Notes under the pieces: generated by a model
Database searches by the model: none
What the model saw: only the letters and a program-made list of their open reading frames with translations
Told to the model about the DNA's origin: nothing
DNA from: Anthoceros angustus
Lineage: Eukaryota > Plantae > Anthocerotophyta
Direction: 5' to 3'
Assembly: GCA_010909165.1 (NCBI GenBank)
Contig: MU008220.1
Coordinates: forward strand, 124,001 to 188,000
DNA length: 64,000 nucleotides
Shown here: piece by piece, positions 52,301 to 64,000 of the stretch
Layout: every line of letters starts with the position of its first letter
Numbering within the stretch: the first letter of the stretch is position 1
Program-made: the position numbers and the translations under genes

Positions 52301-55300
52301 ACTGCGCCTTCGTGAGGAAGAGCAAAGCGCACTCGTGGACCTCGGAATGGAGGGGTCCATGAGGACGGACTAGAAGGCCTTACAAAGTTGCTTCTCGCGG
52401 GGATGCTTACAACCCCTCAAGCCACGGGGCAACGTGCGGATGAGATAACCAGGCGCCTAGCAAAAGAAGAGAAAAGTATACCAAAGGCCATCCGTGCATC
52501 CTCCGCAAAGAGAAGTCCTCGCGATGTGGGAGAGGTCTTCATGAGCCCGGACGAGGAACCTCAAATGAAGTCAAGAGAAGCAAAGGGACTCCCAAAACTG
52601 CAGTCGGGCTAGAGCAATATTCTCCCCGCAGAATCGCAAAGTAGGGGTGATCTCCGACAGAGACCAGACACGACTTGGACAGCTTGACCTTCAAGCCCAC
52701 CAAAGAAAGCTCATGTGAGAAGAGCTCAAGGCCTCCTTGACCTTGTCCCTCTAGAGGCTCGAGGATGTGAGAGTCATCTACCGGCGGGAAGAGAAAACGC
52801 CCTACAAACTACGGAGGTTGAGGAGGATGCGTCGCCTAATGTCGCCGCTTTGTGGATGACCGAGAGAGGGCTTGTTGAAGAGCAATTGAAACTCGTTGTC
52901 TAAAGAATGCCGTGAAATAAGTTAGAGAGGGACAGCCCGCTCCGTGCCTACGGGCATGATAAGCCTTAGCGCAGGACTTGAGAAAAGTATCAAAGTCCCG
53001 AGCCAACGCCCATATGTTTCAAGGGTGAGCGGAATGAATTGGTGGCCCGCTTGCATCGCGCTATATTCCCCGACTTTGATAGCCGCCGCCGCAGCCCAAC
53101 TGCATAGTTAGTGATAACCCGTGCGGTGATGGAGTCGCGTGAAGGCTCGATTACCACCACATCCACCATCAAAACCGTTGCCGCGGACGAGGTACAAGTC
53201 ACCGATTGACCGACCAAGATGAAGAGTGTACCCCGCTCCTCCAGGCTATGTAGGCACGCAAACGTGACATCACAGATGGTGTCATGGGTGGAAATGCGAT
53301 GATCCCATGGGGGCAAGGTGTATCCCGAGTCATCAAGGCGAGCCGCATTCGCAAGTAAGGAGAGAGGAAGCCACGGGCTGGAGCAGCCAAGGCAGCGCAT
53401 CGCAGAGAGAAGGTGGTTGGTGCGATGTGAAAGCCTTGTATACATGGACGAGCCAATAGCTGTGCACTGCGCCTTCGTGAGGAAGAGCAAAGCTGCACTC
53501 GTGGACCTCGGAATGGAGGGGTCCATGAGGACGGACTAGAAGGCCTTACAAAGTTGCTTCTCGCGGGGATGCTTACAACCCCTCAAGCCACGGGGCAACG
53601 TGGATGAGATAACCAGGCGCCTAGCAAAAGAAGAGAAAAGTATACCAAAGGCCATCCGTGCATCCTCCGGCAAAGAGAAGTCCTCGCGATGTGGGAGAGG
53701 TCTTCCATGAGCCCGGACGAGGAACCTCAAATGAAGTCAAGAGAAGCAAAGGGACTCCCAAAATCCATGAGCAGGGGCTAGAGCAATATTCTCCCAGAGA
53801 ATCGCAAAGTAGGGGTGATCTCCGAGAGACCAGACACGGCACTTGGACAGCTTGACCTTCAAGCCCACCAAAGAAAGCTCATGTGAGAAGAGCTCGAAGG
53901 CCTCCTTGACCTTGTCCCTCTAGAGGCTCGAGGATGTGAGAGTCATCTACCAGCGAAGGGAAGACATAGTCACATGCAGAGGAGGCAGCCTGGATAGGGC
54001 CTGTAGTGAGCGATTGCAAAGAGAGCACCTCCCAGGGTCGCCCTACGATACATGGGCGACTCCAAGACAAAGATGGCAAATCGATGGTAATGCGTTCTTG
54101 TCGATAGTAGAGATTGGAGGACCTCCGTAGAAGCTCGACAAAGGGTATAAGGCTCCCCAAGACACCTCCAGCGTCCTTGAGTTCCTCAAGATATGACGCC
54201 TCTAGAGATAGTATTGAAGGCGTTTCTCCACGTCCACTTGTAAGACCACCCACTGGTGGATATAGAGGCATGCCATCACTCCAAACACCACGGACTCGCA
54301 ACCCCGTGAGCTCCTAGAGAAGGAGGCATTGCCGCATTATTTAGTACGGCCGAGCCACTTGTTCTCGATGAGGCTTTGCCGGAAGAGTACAAATGGTGGG
54401 AGCCTGTTGATTAGGAGGAGATTGGTGTTATAGTGGACAACCATATCGGGCTGGTTCGCAACGCCATGGAAGTGGTTTTCTAGGTTGGAGGCCGATGGCA
54501 CGGTCGAGCCACTTGTTCTCGATGAGGCTTTCTGAAGCGATAATCCTTTATTATGGAACTTCCACAACGCGATATGTATTTGGGGGCATATAAAAACTTG
54601 TGCATGCAACAAGAAGAAAAGTATACCAAAGGCCATCCGCATCCTCCGCAAAGAGAAGTCCTCGATGTGGGAGAGGTCTTCCGAGCCCTGGACGAGGAAC
54701 CTCAAATGAAGTCAAGAGAAGCAAAGGGACTCCCAAAACTGCAGTCGGGCTAGAGCAATATTCTCCCCGCAGAATCGCAAAGTAGGGGTGATCTCCGACA
54801 GAGACCAGACACGACTTGGACAGCTTGACCTTCAAGCCCACCAAAGAAAGCTCATGTGAGAAGAGCTCAAGGCCTCCTTGACCTTGTCCCTCTAGAGGCT
54901 CGAGGATGTGAGAGTCATCTACCAAGGGAAGACATAGTCACATGCAGGAGGCAGCCTGGATAGGGCCCTGAGTGAGCGATTGCAAAGAGAGCACCTCCCA
55001 GGGTCGCCCTACCGACACTGTGGACGACTCCAAGACAAAGATGGCAAATCGATGGTAATGCGTTCTTGTCGATAGTAGAGATTGGAGGACCTCCGTAGAA
55101 GCTCGACAAAGGGTATAAGGCTCCCAAGACACCTCCAGCGTCCTTGAGTTCCTCAAGATATGACGCCTAGAGATAGTATTGAAGGCGTTTCTCCACGTCC
55201 ACTTGTAAGACCACCCACTGGTGGATATAGAGGCATGCCATCACTCCAAACACCACGGACTCGCAACCCTGTGAGCTCCTAGAGAAGGAGGCATTGCCGT

Positions 55301-58300
55301 ACTATTTAGTACGGCCGCGCCTTACGTTAAATGGAAGAGTACAAATGGTGGGAGCAGCCTGTTGATTAGGAGGAGATTGGTGTTATAGTGGACAACCATA
55401 TCGGGCTGGTTCGCAACGCCCATGGAAGTGGTTTTCTAGGTTGGAGGCCGATGGCACGGTCGAGCCACTTGTTCTCGATGAGGCTTTGCCGGAAGCAAGA
55501 TATTATGGAACTTCCACAACGCGATATGTATTTGGGGGCATATAAAAACTTGTGCATGCAACAAGAAGAAATGACGCGTTTGAATGGCGATATTACGGAG
55601 ATCAAGAAAGGAATGTTCCTAGCGTTCCTTGCACTATAGACACTCACAGGCCATTTTGGATTAAAAGATCATAGAAGTGAAGTTGGAATCATCGAAATCT
55701 CACTTCCTTGTTCGTTGGTATATGACCGAGCATACAAATGCTTATGAGGGAGATATGTGGAGGAAATATATAATTCAAGGAAGTGGAACCCAACATGGCT
55801 TCAAGCTAGGGAACAAAGGAGTAAAACCTTCTATCCCAAAAATATTCAACAGTCCATGTGAAAGCCTTGTATACATGGACGAGCCAATAGCTGTGCACTG
55901 CGCCTTCAGAGGAAGAGCAAAGCGCACTCGTGGACCTCGGAATGGAGGGGTCCATGAGGACGGACTAGAAGGCCTTACAAAGTTGCTTCTCGCGGGGATG
56001 CTTACAACCCCTCAAGCCACGGGGCAACGTGCGGATGAGATAACCAGGCGCCTAGCAAAAGAAGAGAAAAGTATACCAAAGGCCATCCGTGCATCCTCCG
56101 GCAAAGAGAAGTCCTCGCGATGTGGGAGAGGTCTTCATGAGCCCGGACGAGGAACCTCCAAATGAAGTCAAGAGAAGCAAAGGGACTCCCAAAACTGCAG
56201 TCGGGCTAGAGCAATATTCTCCCCGCAGAGAATCGCAGTAGGGGTGATCTCCGACAGAGACCAGACACGACTTGGACAGCTTGACCTTCAAGCCCACCAA
56301 AGAAAGCTCATGTGAGAAGAGCTCAAGGCCTCCTTGACCTTGTCCCTCTAGAGGCTCGAGGATGTGAGAGTCATCTACCAAATGAAGGAAGACATAGTCA
56401 CATGCAGAGGAGGCAGCCTGGATAGGGCCTGAGTGAGCGATTGCAAAGAGAGCACCTCCCAGGGTCGCCCTACCGACACTGTGGACGACTCCAAGACAAA
56501 GATGGCAAATCGATGGTACGCTTCGCCGATAGTAGAGATTGGAGGACCTCCGTAGAAGCTCGACAAAGGGTATAAGGCTCCCAAGACACCTCCTGGCCCT
56601 TGAGTTCCTCAAGATATGACGCCTAGAGATAGTATTGAAGGCGTTTCTCCACGTCCACTTGTAAGACCACCCACTGGTGGATATAGAGGCATGCCATCAC
56701 TCCAAACACCACGGACTCGCAACCCCGTGAGCTCCTAGAGAAGGAGGCATTGCCGTACTATTTAGTACGGGCCGAGCCACTTCGTGTTCTCGATGAGGCT
56801 TTGCCGGAAGAGTACAAATGGTGGGAGCAGCCTGTTGATTAGGAGGAGATTGGTGTTATAGTGGACAACCATATCGGGCTGGTTCGCAACGCCATGGAAG
56901 TGGTTTTCTAGGTTGGAGGCCGATGGCACGGTCGAGCCACTGTTCTCGATGAGGCTTTGCCGGAAGAAGATATGTGGAACTTCCACAACGCGATATGTAT
57001 TTGGGGGCATATAAAAACTTGTGCATGCAACAAGAAGAAATGACGCTTGAATGGCGATATTACGGAGATCAAGAAAGGAATGTTCCTAGCGTTCCTTGCA
57101 CTATAGACACTCACAAGCCATTTTGGATTAAAAGATCATAGAAGTGAAGTTGGAATCATCGAAATCTCACTTCCTTGTTCGTTGGTATATGACCGAGCAT
57201 ACAAATGCTTATGAGGGAGATATGTGGAGGAAATATATAATTCAAGGAAGTGGAACCCAACATGGCTTCAAGCTAGGGAACAAAGGAGTAAAACCTTCTA
57301 TCCCAAAAATATTCAACAGTCCATGTGAACGAAACGATAATCCTTTATTATGGATTTGTGTTGAATGCTCGAAAGCATTTACATGTTGTTGACAAGAAAG
57401 CGATCAGGGATAAGTTGAGTGAATTACGTGGGTTCATACAGCCAGCAACTCAAAGGGCAGCTGATCATGAAGATAGTGATGAAAATGGTGCTAACGACAA
57501 GCCCAGCCACGACGAAGGAGTGAACTCTGGAGATGAGTAAACTTGCTTGCATGGAGAAGGAATTGGGAGGGGAGGCAATGGTTGCCGTATACTCAGATAA
57601 ATGTAGGGATTCAGCTTCATCCAATTTAAATTATACTGTACTGCTTGTAGGGAGCCTTTGTTATGGTATGTAAGCGGGTGAAAGCTTTTTGTCCATTGCC
57701 ATCGTTTTGCAATAAAAAAACCATGTTTCTTTATACGTGTTTTTCAACACAACATTTAAATAATGTACGGGTTGGGGCCGATTAGCCAGTGTCCCAAGAA
57801 TATGGAAAATGTGTTGGCCATAGCCGGACACTTCGGCCAAGGATGACAAATATATATGCATGTTACCGCAGTCACCCCAGCCTTCTTGGATCGGTTGCTT
57901 GTGTTTGTTATGGTGCTTGTGGTACTGTGGGGACCGAATAGGGCAGCGGTAAACCTCCGGGACAAGATAGGCAAGGCCGACCGGTGCCCCGCCTCCACTA
58001 GCAGCCCGCCAAGTATACGTTGCTTAAAACCCAGAGATGACCTTAACCCTTTGAAAACCCTAGACTTCAAAATGTATTGAAGACTTTGGTTTTTGCGCTA
58101 ACCATACTTTCCCACATTTGAGGCAAATCCGAGATAAGGGGATTGCTTTCCCGATGGTAAAGGTCACAGGTGGGTCTTACTTTGCCAAATCATATGGGTA
58201 AAGAATGCGAACACCCTTCTACGGCGTGTACCCATGTTGAAAAAGTGGGGCAAGGTGAATGGGACACCCTTTTTTGTGGTACTTTCACTAAAAGGTGATA

Positions 58301-58812
58301 TCCGACGATTTAAGACCCATGTGTGGTTAACCCTTTGGCACATGTTTAAGACAAAACCCTCATCATGTATATTCCCCTTGAAGGTTTACGGTGTTGGGGG
58401 CTCTTGTAGGACCAACAAAAATCTCGCATGAACTCTAGGTGTAGCTCGTCCACAAACTCCTCCGCCTTGTTGCTCCACATTTGCGCCTTGACGGTGGGGG
58501 TTGTGCATTTTGAGCCTTCTTTCTGCGCCCGAGCCATGGTACTCCAACCACAAAGGAGAGAAAGGGAGAAGATGGAAAAGAGCAACTCGTTTGACGAGCA
58601 AGCTTGGCACCGCGACAGACAAATCAAGAGAGCAAAAGAGCTTAAGGTTGCATGCGGCGATGGTGGAGAGGGAGAGGTGCACACAAATAGAAAGATGCCC
58701 AAGATGAGAATTGAAGGGTGCGTTCTTATGCCTCGCATGTTGTCCTTGCCACCGTGCCTTAATTGTCGGGCCTTGTTCAGATACACGTCCTCACAATCGA
58801 GCAACGGGGGCC
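40392..58812. repeat. Composite tandem unit copy 4, expanded to 18.4 kb by serial internal duplications
   Basis: Same unit with back-jumps near 42759, 43244, 45846, 47125, 48036, 49114, 50034, 51332, 52786, 54611 and 55856. Confidence 0.95.
46194..56743 (-). mobile_element. Stack of about nine overlapping partial copies of the CRE-like element with adjacent flanks
   Basis: The RLE segment (FIPLTLETYGRW) recurs 7 times between 46500 and 53050. The RT segment (LGGALFAIAH) recurs near 54020, 54990 and 56450. Confidence 0.9.
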
Positions 58813-59217
58813 ACTCTAATCCTTTTGCTTATTATGCTGTTATACAAAGTGCCATATCATCCACTTTACTCCATCCTTTCCTCGCACTGCCTTGTGGGGC
58901 CACTTTGATTCTCAACCACCCAACCACCTTAACAAAAGGTGCAACTCAACGTGACTATTAAGGTGGCTGAGCAAAGTGGCCAAAGCAACGTGGGTCTCTT
59001 CTCCGCGTCTTCCCGACTACCATCCTTCTCCATTTCATCCTCCTCGCACCTTTGATCCAATCCTCCGCTTTTGGGGAATCTTGGCGGCAATCCTTATTTT
59101 CCCATTCAAATCGTCTCAAAGAAAAGAAAATCACACACACAATCGCCTGGGTTATTAACATCCAATGCGGTCTCCCACATCGCCCTTCTCATTTGTTGGC
59201 ATCCTCACCAACCTAGG
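58813..59217. repeat. Partial fifth unit (first ~400 bp)
   Basis: Matches 13749-14150 and breaks after accaacctagg. Confidence 0.93.
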
Positions 59218-59311
59218 AAGGTAATAAGGTCTTCACGACATCCTTTCCTCGCACCTTTGATCCAATCCTCCGCTTTTGGGAATCTTGGCGGCAATCCTTA
59301 TTTTCCCATTC

Positions 59312-59710
59312 AAGGCAAGCAAAGGTAACATGGTTGCCCACAATCGCCCTCCTTCTCCATTTGTCCATACGAACAAGCGCCTCTTGGCCAAGCCCATGAT
59401 TTGCATACCCAACTATCGTGGCCCATGTCACGACATCCTTTACGCTAACCTATCGAAAACCGTGTGCCTCTTCCGATTCACCACGGTTTGCGTACATGTC
59501 CAGACGATTGGCAATAAACAAGTTCGGTGGAATGTCAGCATGCAACATATCATGCCGCACTTTTACGCTAGATTCCGTGTCCACAAATGCACAAGCTTGA
59601 AGGGCTGCTACAAAGATGTGGGCATCCGCCTTCACACCGAGCGACACATCGCATAGTAAAGTTGTATCGCCTCATTAGGCTCCCCATGTGTAGCATGCGG
59701 AGATTATTGA
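59312..59710 (-). pseudogene. PLS-class pentatricopeptide repeat (PPR) gene remnant
   Basis: HGEPNEAIQLYYAM..GVKADAHIFVAALQACA..NLFIANRLDMYANRGESEEA..DVVTWATIVGYANHGLGQEAL..NHVTFACL. Confidence 0.88.
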
Positions 59711-60309
59711 AAACCACATGAAGGGATTTGGTTTGCCCACCCTCCGTAGCCTACCTCCGGATACATACATCCGCAAGATATGGTTCCCCAAGTATGTGAT
59801 TGACTCGTACCCAAGTTTGTTGTGAGATCATGAGCGTCATCCCACAACCATGTCCTTCTTATCGCACAAAGTTTTAGCACGACATATAAGATGGATCGAG
59901 GAATAGAATAGTCTATCTCGCGATTTCTGAGCTCCAACGGCCTCGAAGCTTTCCTACTCACATAACGTCTTGATGGTTACAGTGTCACGACTCCCATATC
60001 CAATCCTCCGCACCTCCTGTGCTCAGCTTCTTGAGAGCTCGACTTGGAAGGAGAAGCACAATGACCCACCGCATATTCAAAGAAACAAGCTTCTCATCCA
60101 ACAAGTGGCTTGAACATGTTGTTTAACCGAGGACCTCACGGACTCCTTGCGAATGTCGGTGGCGAGCTCCTCTTACCTCGCCTAGTTTCCCACGCACAAG
60201 AGGGGAGTCCTAGGAAGTGGTGATGGGAGGCCTTGGTGTGGTCACACCGAGAAGCGGTGGCCGCTCAAGTCCGCTACAGTCCGTAGTCCTATCTATTCAA
60301 ATAGGTAGG

Positions 60310-60558
60310 ACTCAAGTCCTTGGTCTTTGGGGTTTGGGAAGAACAGACTCAAGTCCTTGGTCTTGAGGTTTGAATGATGTTCCTTGGTCCTTGGGAAAGT
60401 AGCAAGTAGATAGAAGCCTAGTCCTTGGTCTTGAGTTCGGAAGGATGTTCCTTGGTCCTTGGGAAAATGGTATGTAGATAGAAACCTAGTCCTTGGTCTT
60501 GGGGTTTGGAAGGATGTTCCTTGGTCCTTGGGAAAAGTAGCATGTAGATAGAAACCTA
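60310..60558. repeat. 68-bp tandem repeat, 3 copies plus a partial
   Basis: agtccttggtctt starts at 60315 (partial), 60352, 60420 and 60488. Confidence 0.92.
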
Positions 60559-61405
60559 TTTCGAGGGCCGAGGAAGGCAACTTCCTTGAACCATGGGAAT
60601 TCGCTTTTCTAGATATTGCATGTAGGGCTATATATGCATGTTAGGTAGATCAGGGGTAAAATTGGCCGACTCATCAAGGGCCTGGTCGGGACATGTATAC
60701 AATCTCGCTACTCCATGGTGGAGTAGTGAGTTCAACCTAGGCCGTGAGTATACCGGTTGAAAATTTTATAGCAACTGCGAATCTAGGTAGGAATCCTAGT
60801 GTACTTCCTTTTGGATTGCGACCGCAATTCCAATGGAGATACACTAGGACAACTGATTAGCGAGCTACATATAAAGATTTGTAATACAATGATATGCGAG
60901 TTCTTGCATATTAGCGGCAAAGTCGGGCCTAATGAAATGGCCAATCCAGAGCGCCAAGAAGGTAATCGACATCGAGACCTCCATCGCCGAGCTAATTTCT
61001 AATAGACGCAATAGGTATAGAGTTTCGATAGGCCTTCACTTGCGATAATCTACATAGTATGCCGTAATTGCTGAAAAACCAATCTGAGGGATTTCACGAA
61101 GCATGGTTAGTCGTAACATCCGAAATGTAGAGGCATGTTGAAATGTTGAAATGTCACCGCATGATCCGAAGAGGTTGAAGGACACAGATGCGGGACGAAA
61201 TGTCATTAGTGTAATGGCGGCATTGAGGTGATTCCGAAAAACACATAGGAGTATTTAGATCCTTAGGCTAAGGTTGAAGGATCCTCCGTGACCTTCGAGT
61301 GAAGAGGAGCTCACACTTTGACTCCTCATCTCACTTCGAATCTTGATCTCACTTCCCGAGCTCAAACACGGCATCCCAAGCCAAGCGGAAGGTTAGCTGA
61401 AGCAA

Positions 61406-61486
61406 GCGGAGTATGTGCCTACACAAGAAAACCCCGCAGATATATTAACGAAAGCTCTTTCAAAAGAGCTGCACGAGAAGCATGTT
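61406..61486 (+). pseudogene. pol: Copia RNase H C-terminal scrap
   Basis: AEYVPTQENPADILTKALSKELHEKHV, homologous to LEYIPTAENPADVFTKSL in element 1. Confidence 0.8.
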
Positions 61487-61492
61487 CGAGGT

Positions 61493-64000
61493 AATAGAGC
61501 TCGGCGCTCCAACTAGAGGAAGAAGAGAGCACTTACCACGTTCAAGACAGAATGCTAGCGAGGCGATGACGATCATTCTCATCCGCAAGAGCCGCCAACA
61601 ACCACTTCATTCATTCACAACTACGCTGCATTTGCAAGCTCAAAAGGAACAGTTGCAACCTCGGAAGAAGCAAAAACATCAAAACAAAAGGCGAGGTCGG
61701 CACTTGGGAACCGCCACGCTTGGACAGACTGAAGAAGGTAATCGACATCGAGACCTCCATCGCCGTCGAGCTTCCCACGTAAACCCGTTCAAGTGCCCGC
61801 CATACTCCTCTTCACCTTCGTCCTCCCTCTTTGGCCAAACGGCCCATAAAGCCTCGGCCGTGATCGCCGCACTCTCTTACTTGGTTTGCCTGTACCGGTA
61901 TCTGCTTCACCAGGCCCAGGCCGTAGTCTCTTGTTCCACCACTTGGGTGGCCCTGTACCAGCATCACCAGGCAGTGGTGGTGTGCATGATGATTTCTCGC
62001 TCCTCAACGATAAGATGCCAATTGTACATGGAGGGGCGGGCTGTTGCATTCCAGTACTAGGATCTTGAGAATCAACAAGACCCCCGGTGATACTCGATGA
62101 AGCTATGGGCCCTAAGATTGAGGCCCCATATGGAGTCTATAGGGACCATGGGCAATTATCTCTTCATGATTATCACTCCACCCACTATGATGCTAGTCTT
62201 TGAACATGATTCATGTAACCCAGAACTCAAAACAATTTGAAGATTAACCATAATATTTTAGTATGATGATGCTATTAAATAAGGATGAAATATTTAAAAT
62301 AATATGTTATAAATTCATTCCAAGATATAACTTGCACGGATTCTACTTTAATTTGTATATGTTATTAATTACCATGAGAAAAAGTCACGTTTGTCTCCGT
62401 GAAAGACTTTGAGGTGTTCGAGTTTTGTTCGCCACAAATTTAAAGTCAAGAGCAAGGTCCGCAATACAATTAGGCCAAAATCATGCAAGTAAGGATAGGT
62501 AGATAGATAGATAGATAAATAAATAGAATATTTTACTACATTACGGTCTCGAACAAGGAAACTAATGCGCCTCGCATGAGGAATATATGTATGTAACAAG
62601 AATGCACATGTCGTCATTCATAAGGTAGAAATAAAAAAGAATGGAAAAATGGGAAGAGATCTTACAGTCGTGATTGGTCTACCCTTTTATTCAACCAACT
62701 TCGACTCATATTACGAGACTCTTTCTTTCATCTTGCTCAAGACTCTCGATAAGGTTTTCATGAATCATTCATCTAGCTCGAGGCTTTCAATAAGTTATGC
62801 CACACGTTGTTCCCATAGATGTTATTTTTAAAATACGAGATGGGAGATAAAAGGAAGAACTTTTATGTAGACTTGAAAAGTGAGATAGTAGACCCTCTAG
62901 AAAGAAATTCGGTGTCTTGCGTAAATAGGGAGAAGATATAAGACAATTTATTGACAAATAACAAGCTAGGCTAGATAGATCAAAGAAGAAGAAAAAAGGT
63001 GGAGGAGGAGGAGAAGAAATGTTTTATAGTTCTATTGTTCTATACTTTATAGAAGTGAACTTTAGATTAAATTTGGGTTTATATAACCTCAAACAGAGAC
63101 AAAAAAAGACCTAAAAAGTAGTCAAAACTTAAAATTCAATTGAAATATATATGGAAAGTGGAAAGAACTAAATAGAAAGAGATCCGCCTCATTACAATAG
63201 TAGTTGTTGAAATCTATTTCTTCTTTGTCACTCCATGGAAATCCACTTAATGTCTATTTGTGAACTAGCAGAGAGATACACTCATGAGCTTAGAACCATT
63301 CAAGGAAGATATATGATTATATAAAATAATGCAAATTCGCAGATTTTGGATAATACATGAACTTAGAACTACTTAAGGTCTATATAATAACGGGAGACTT
63401 TATAAAGATGCAAAAGAAATATTTTATAGTTCTATATTTTATAGTAGTGAACTTTAGATTAAAATTGGGTTTATATAGACCCAAACAGAGAGAAAGGGGT
63501 ACATAAATAAAAGTGGTCAAAACTTGAAATTCAATTGAAAGACATATGGAAAGTGAAAAGAATCAAAGAGAAAGAGATCCGCCTCATTACGATAGTAGTT
63601 GTTAAAATCTATTTCTTCCGTGTCACTCCATGGAAATCAACTCAATATCTATTCTTGAACCGAGAGAGAGAGAGATACACCTATGGACGAAGTTTAGAAG
63701 TATTAAAAGAAGATATAGAAAAACTAAATTTTTATTGAGGGCAAAACATTCGGAAAAAGCCCATCCAAAGAAAGGACAACCAAGGGGACCTAAGGATCGA
63801 GGTGAAAAGGAGCAACAAAGCTCCCTACCGTAAGCTCGATTGCGCCTACGATGTCGTATGCGGAAGAGAAAACGCCCTACAAACTACGGAGGTTGAGGAG
63901 GATGCGCCGCCTAATGTCGCCGCTTTGTGGATGAGAGAGAGGGCTTGTTGAAGAGCAATTGAAACTCGTTGTCTAAAGAATGCCGTGAAATAAGTTAGAG
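61493..64000. repeat. Composite array resumes mid-unit and runs off the window
   Basis: Matches ~16186-18668 of copy 1 (GC-rich segment, AT-rich spacer, CRE 3' end). Confidence 0.96.

Noticed and set aside
60310-60558. Regularly spaced repeats resembling a CRISPR array
   Set aside because: The whole 68-bp unit repeats with no unique spacers, there are no cas genes, and the context is eukaryotic.

Overview
Eukaryotic, transposon-dense DNA with no intact gene. It is most likely from a non-seed land plant (inference from a PLS-type PPR remnant plus CRE-like and possibly Sola-like elements). (1) 1-6598: a near-complete minus-strand Ty1/copia LTR retrotransposon. 10510-13740: a diverged relative truncated in integrase. 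Both carry an unexplained ~230-250-codon ORF between the PBS and gag, and codon comparison of the two copies points to purifying selection; this is the best novelty candidate. Element 1 also has a probable antisense ORF between RNase H and the PPT, and both LTRs start with TA rather than TG. (2) 6600-10500: unassigned, partly G-rich sequence. (3) 13749-59217 and 61493-64000: a head-to-tail array of an ~8.3-9 kb composite unit. The unit holds a deleted Ty3/gypsy element (gag, protease start, integrase C-terminus, 3' extra ORF), the 3' end of a probable DNA transposon, a 5'-truncated CRE-like non-LTR retrotransposon (RT, zinc knuckle, RLE) and an AT-rich spacer. Later units contain many internal duplications whose junctions fall on 6-9 bp microhomologies. 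(4) 59218-61492: a PPR remnant, a 68-bp tandem repeat and a copia RNase H scrap. Pervasive 1-bp indels break every reading frame. The sequence may be unpolished or chimeric, so frameshifts and array structure need raw-read confirmation.
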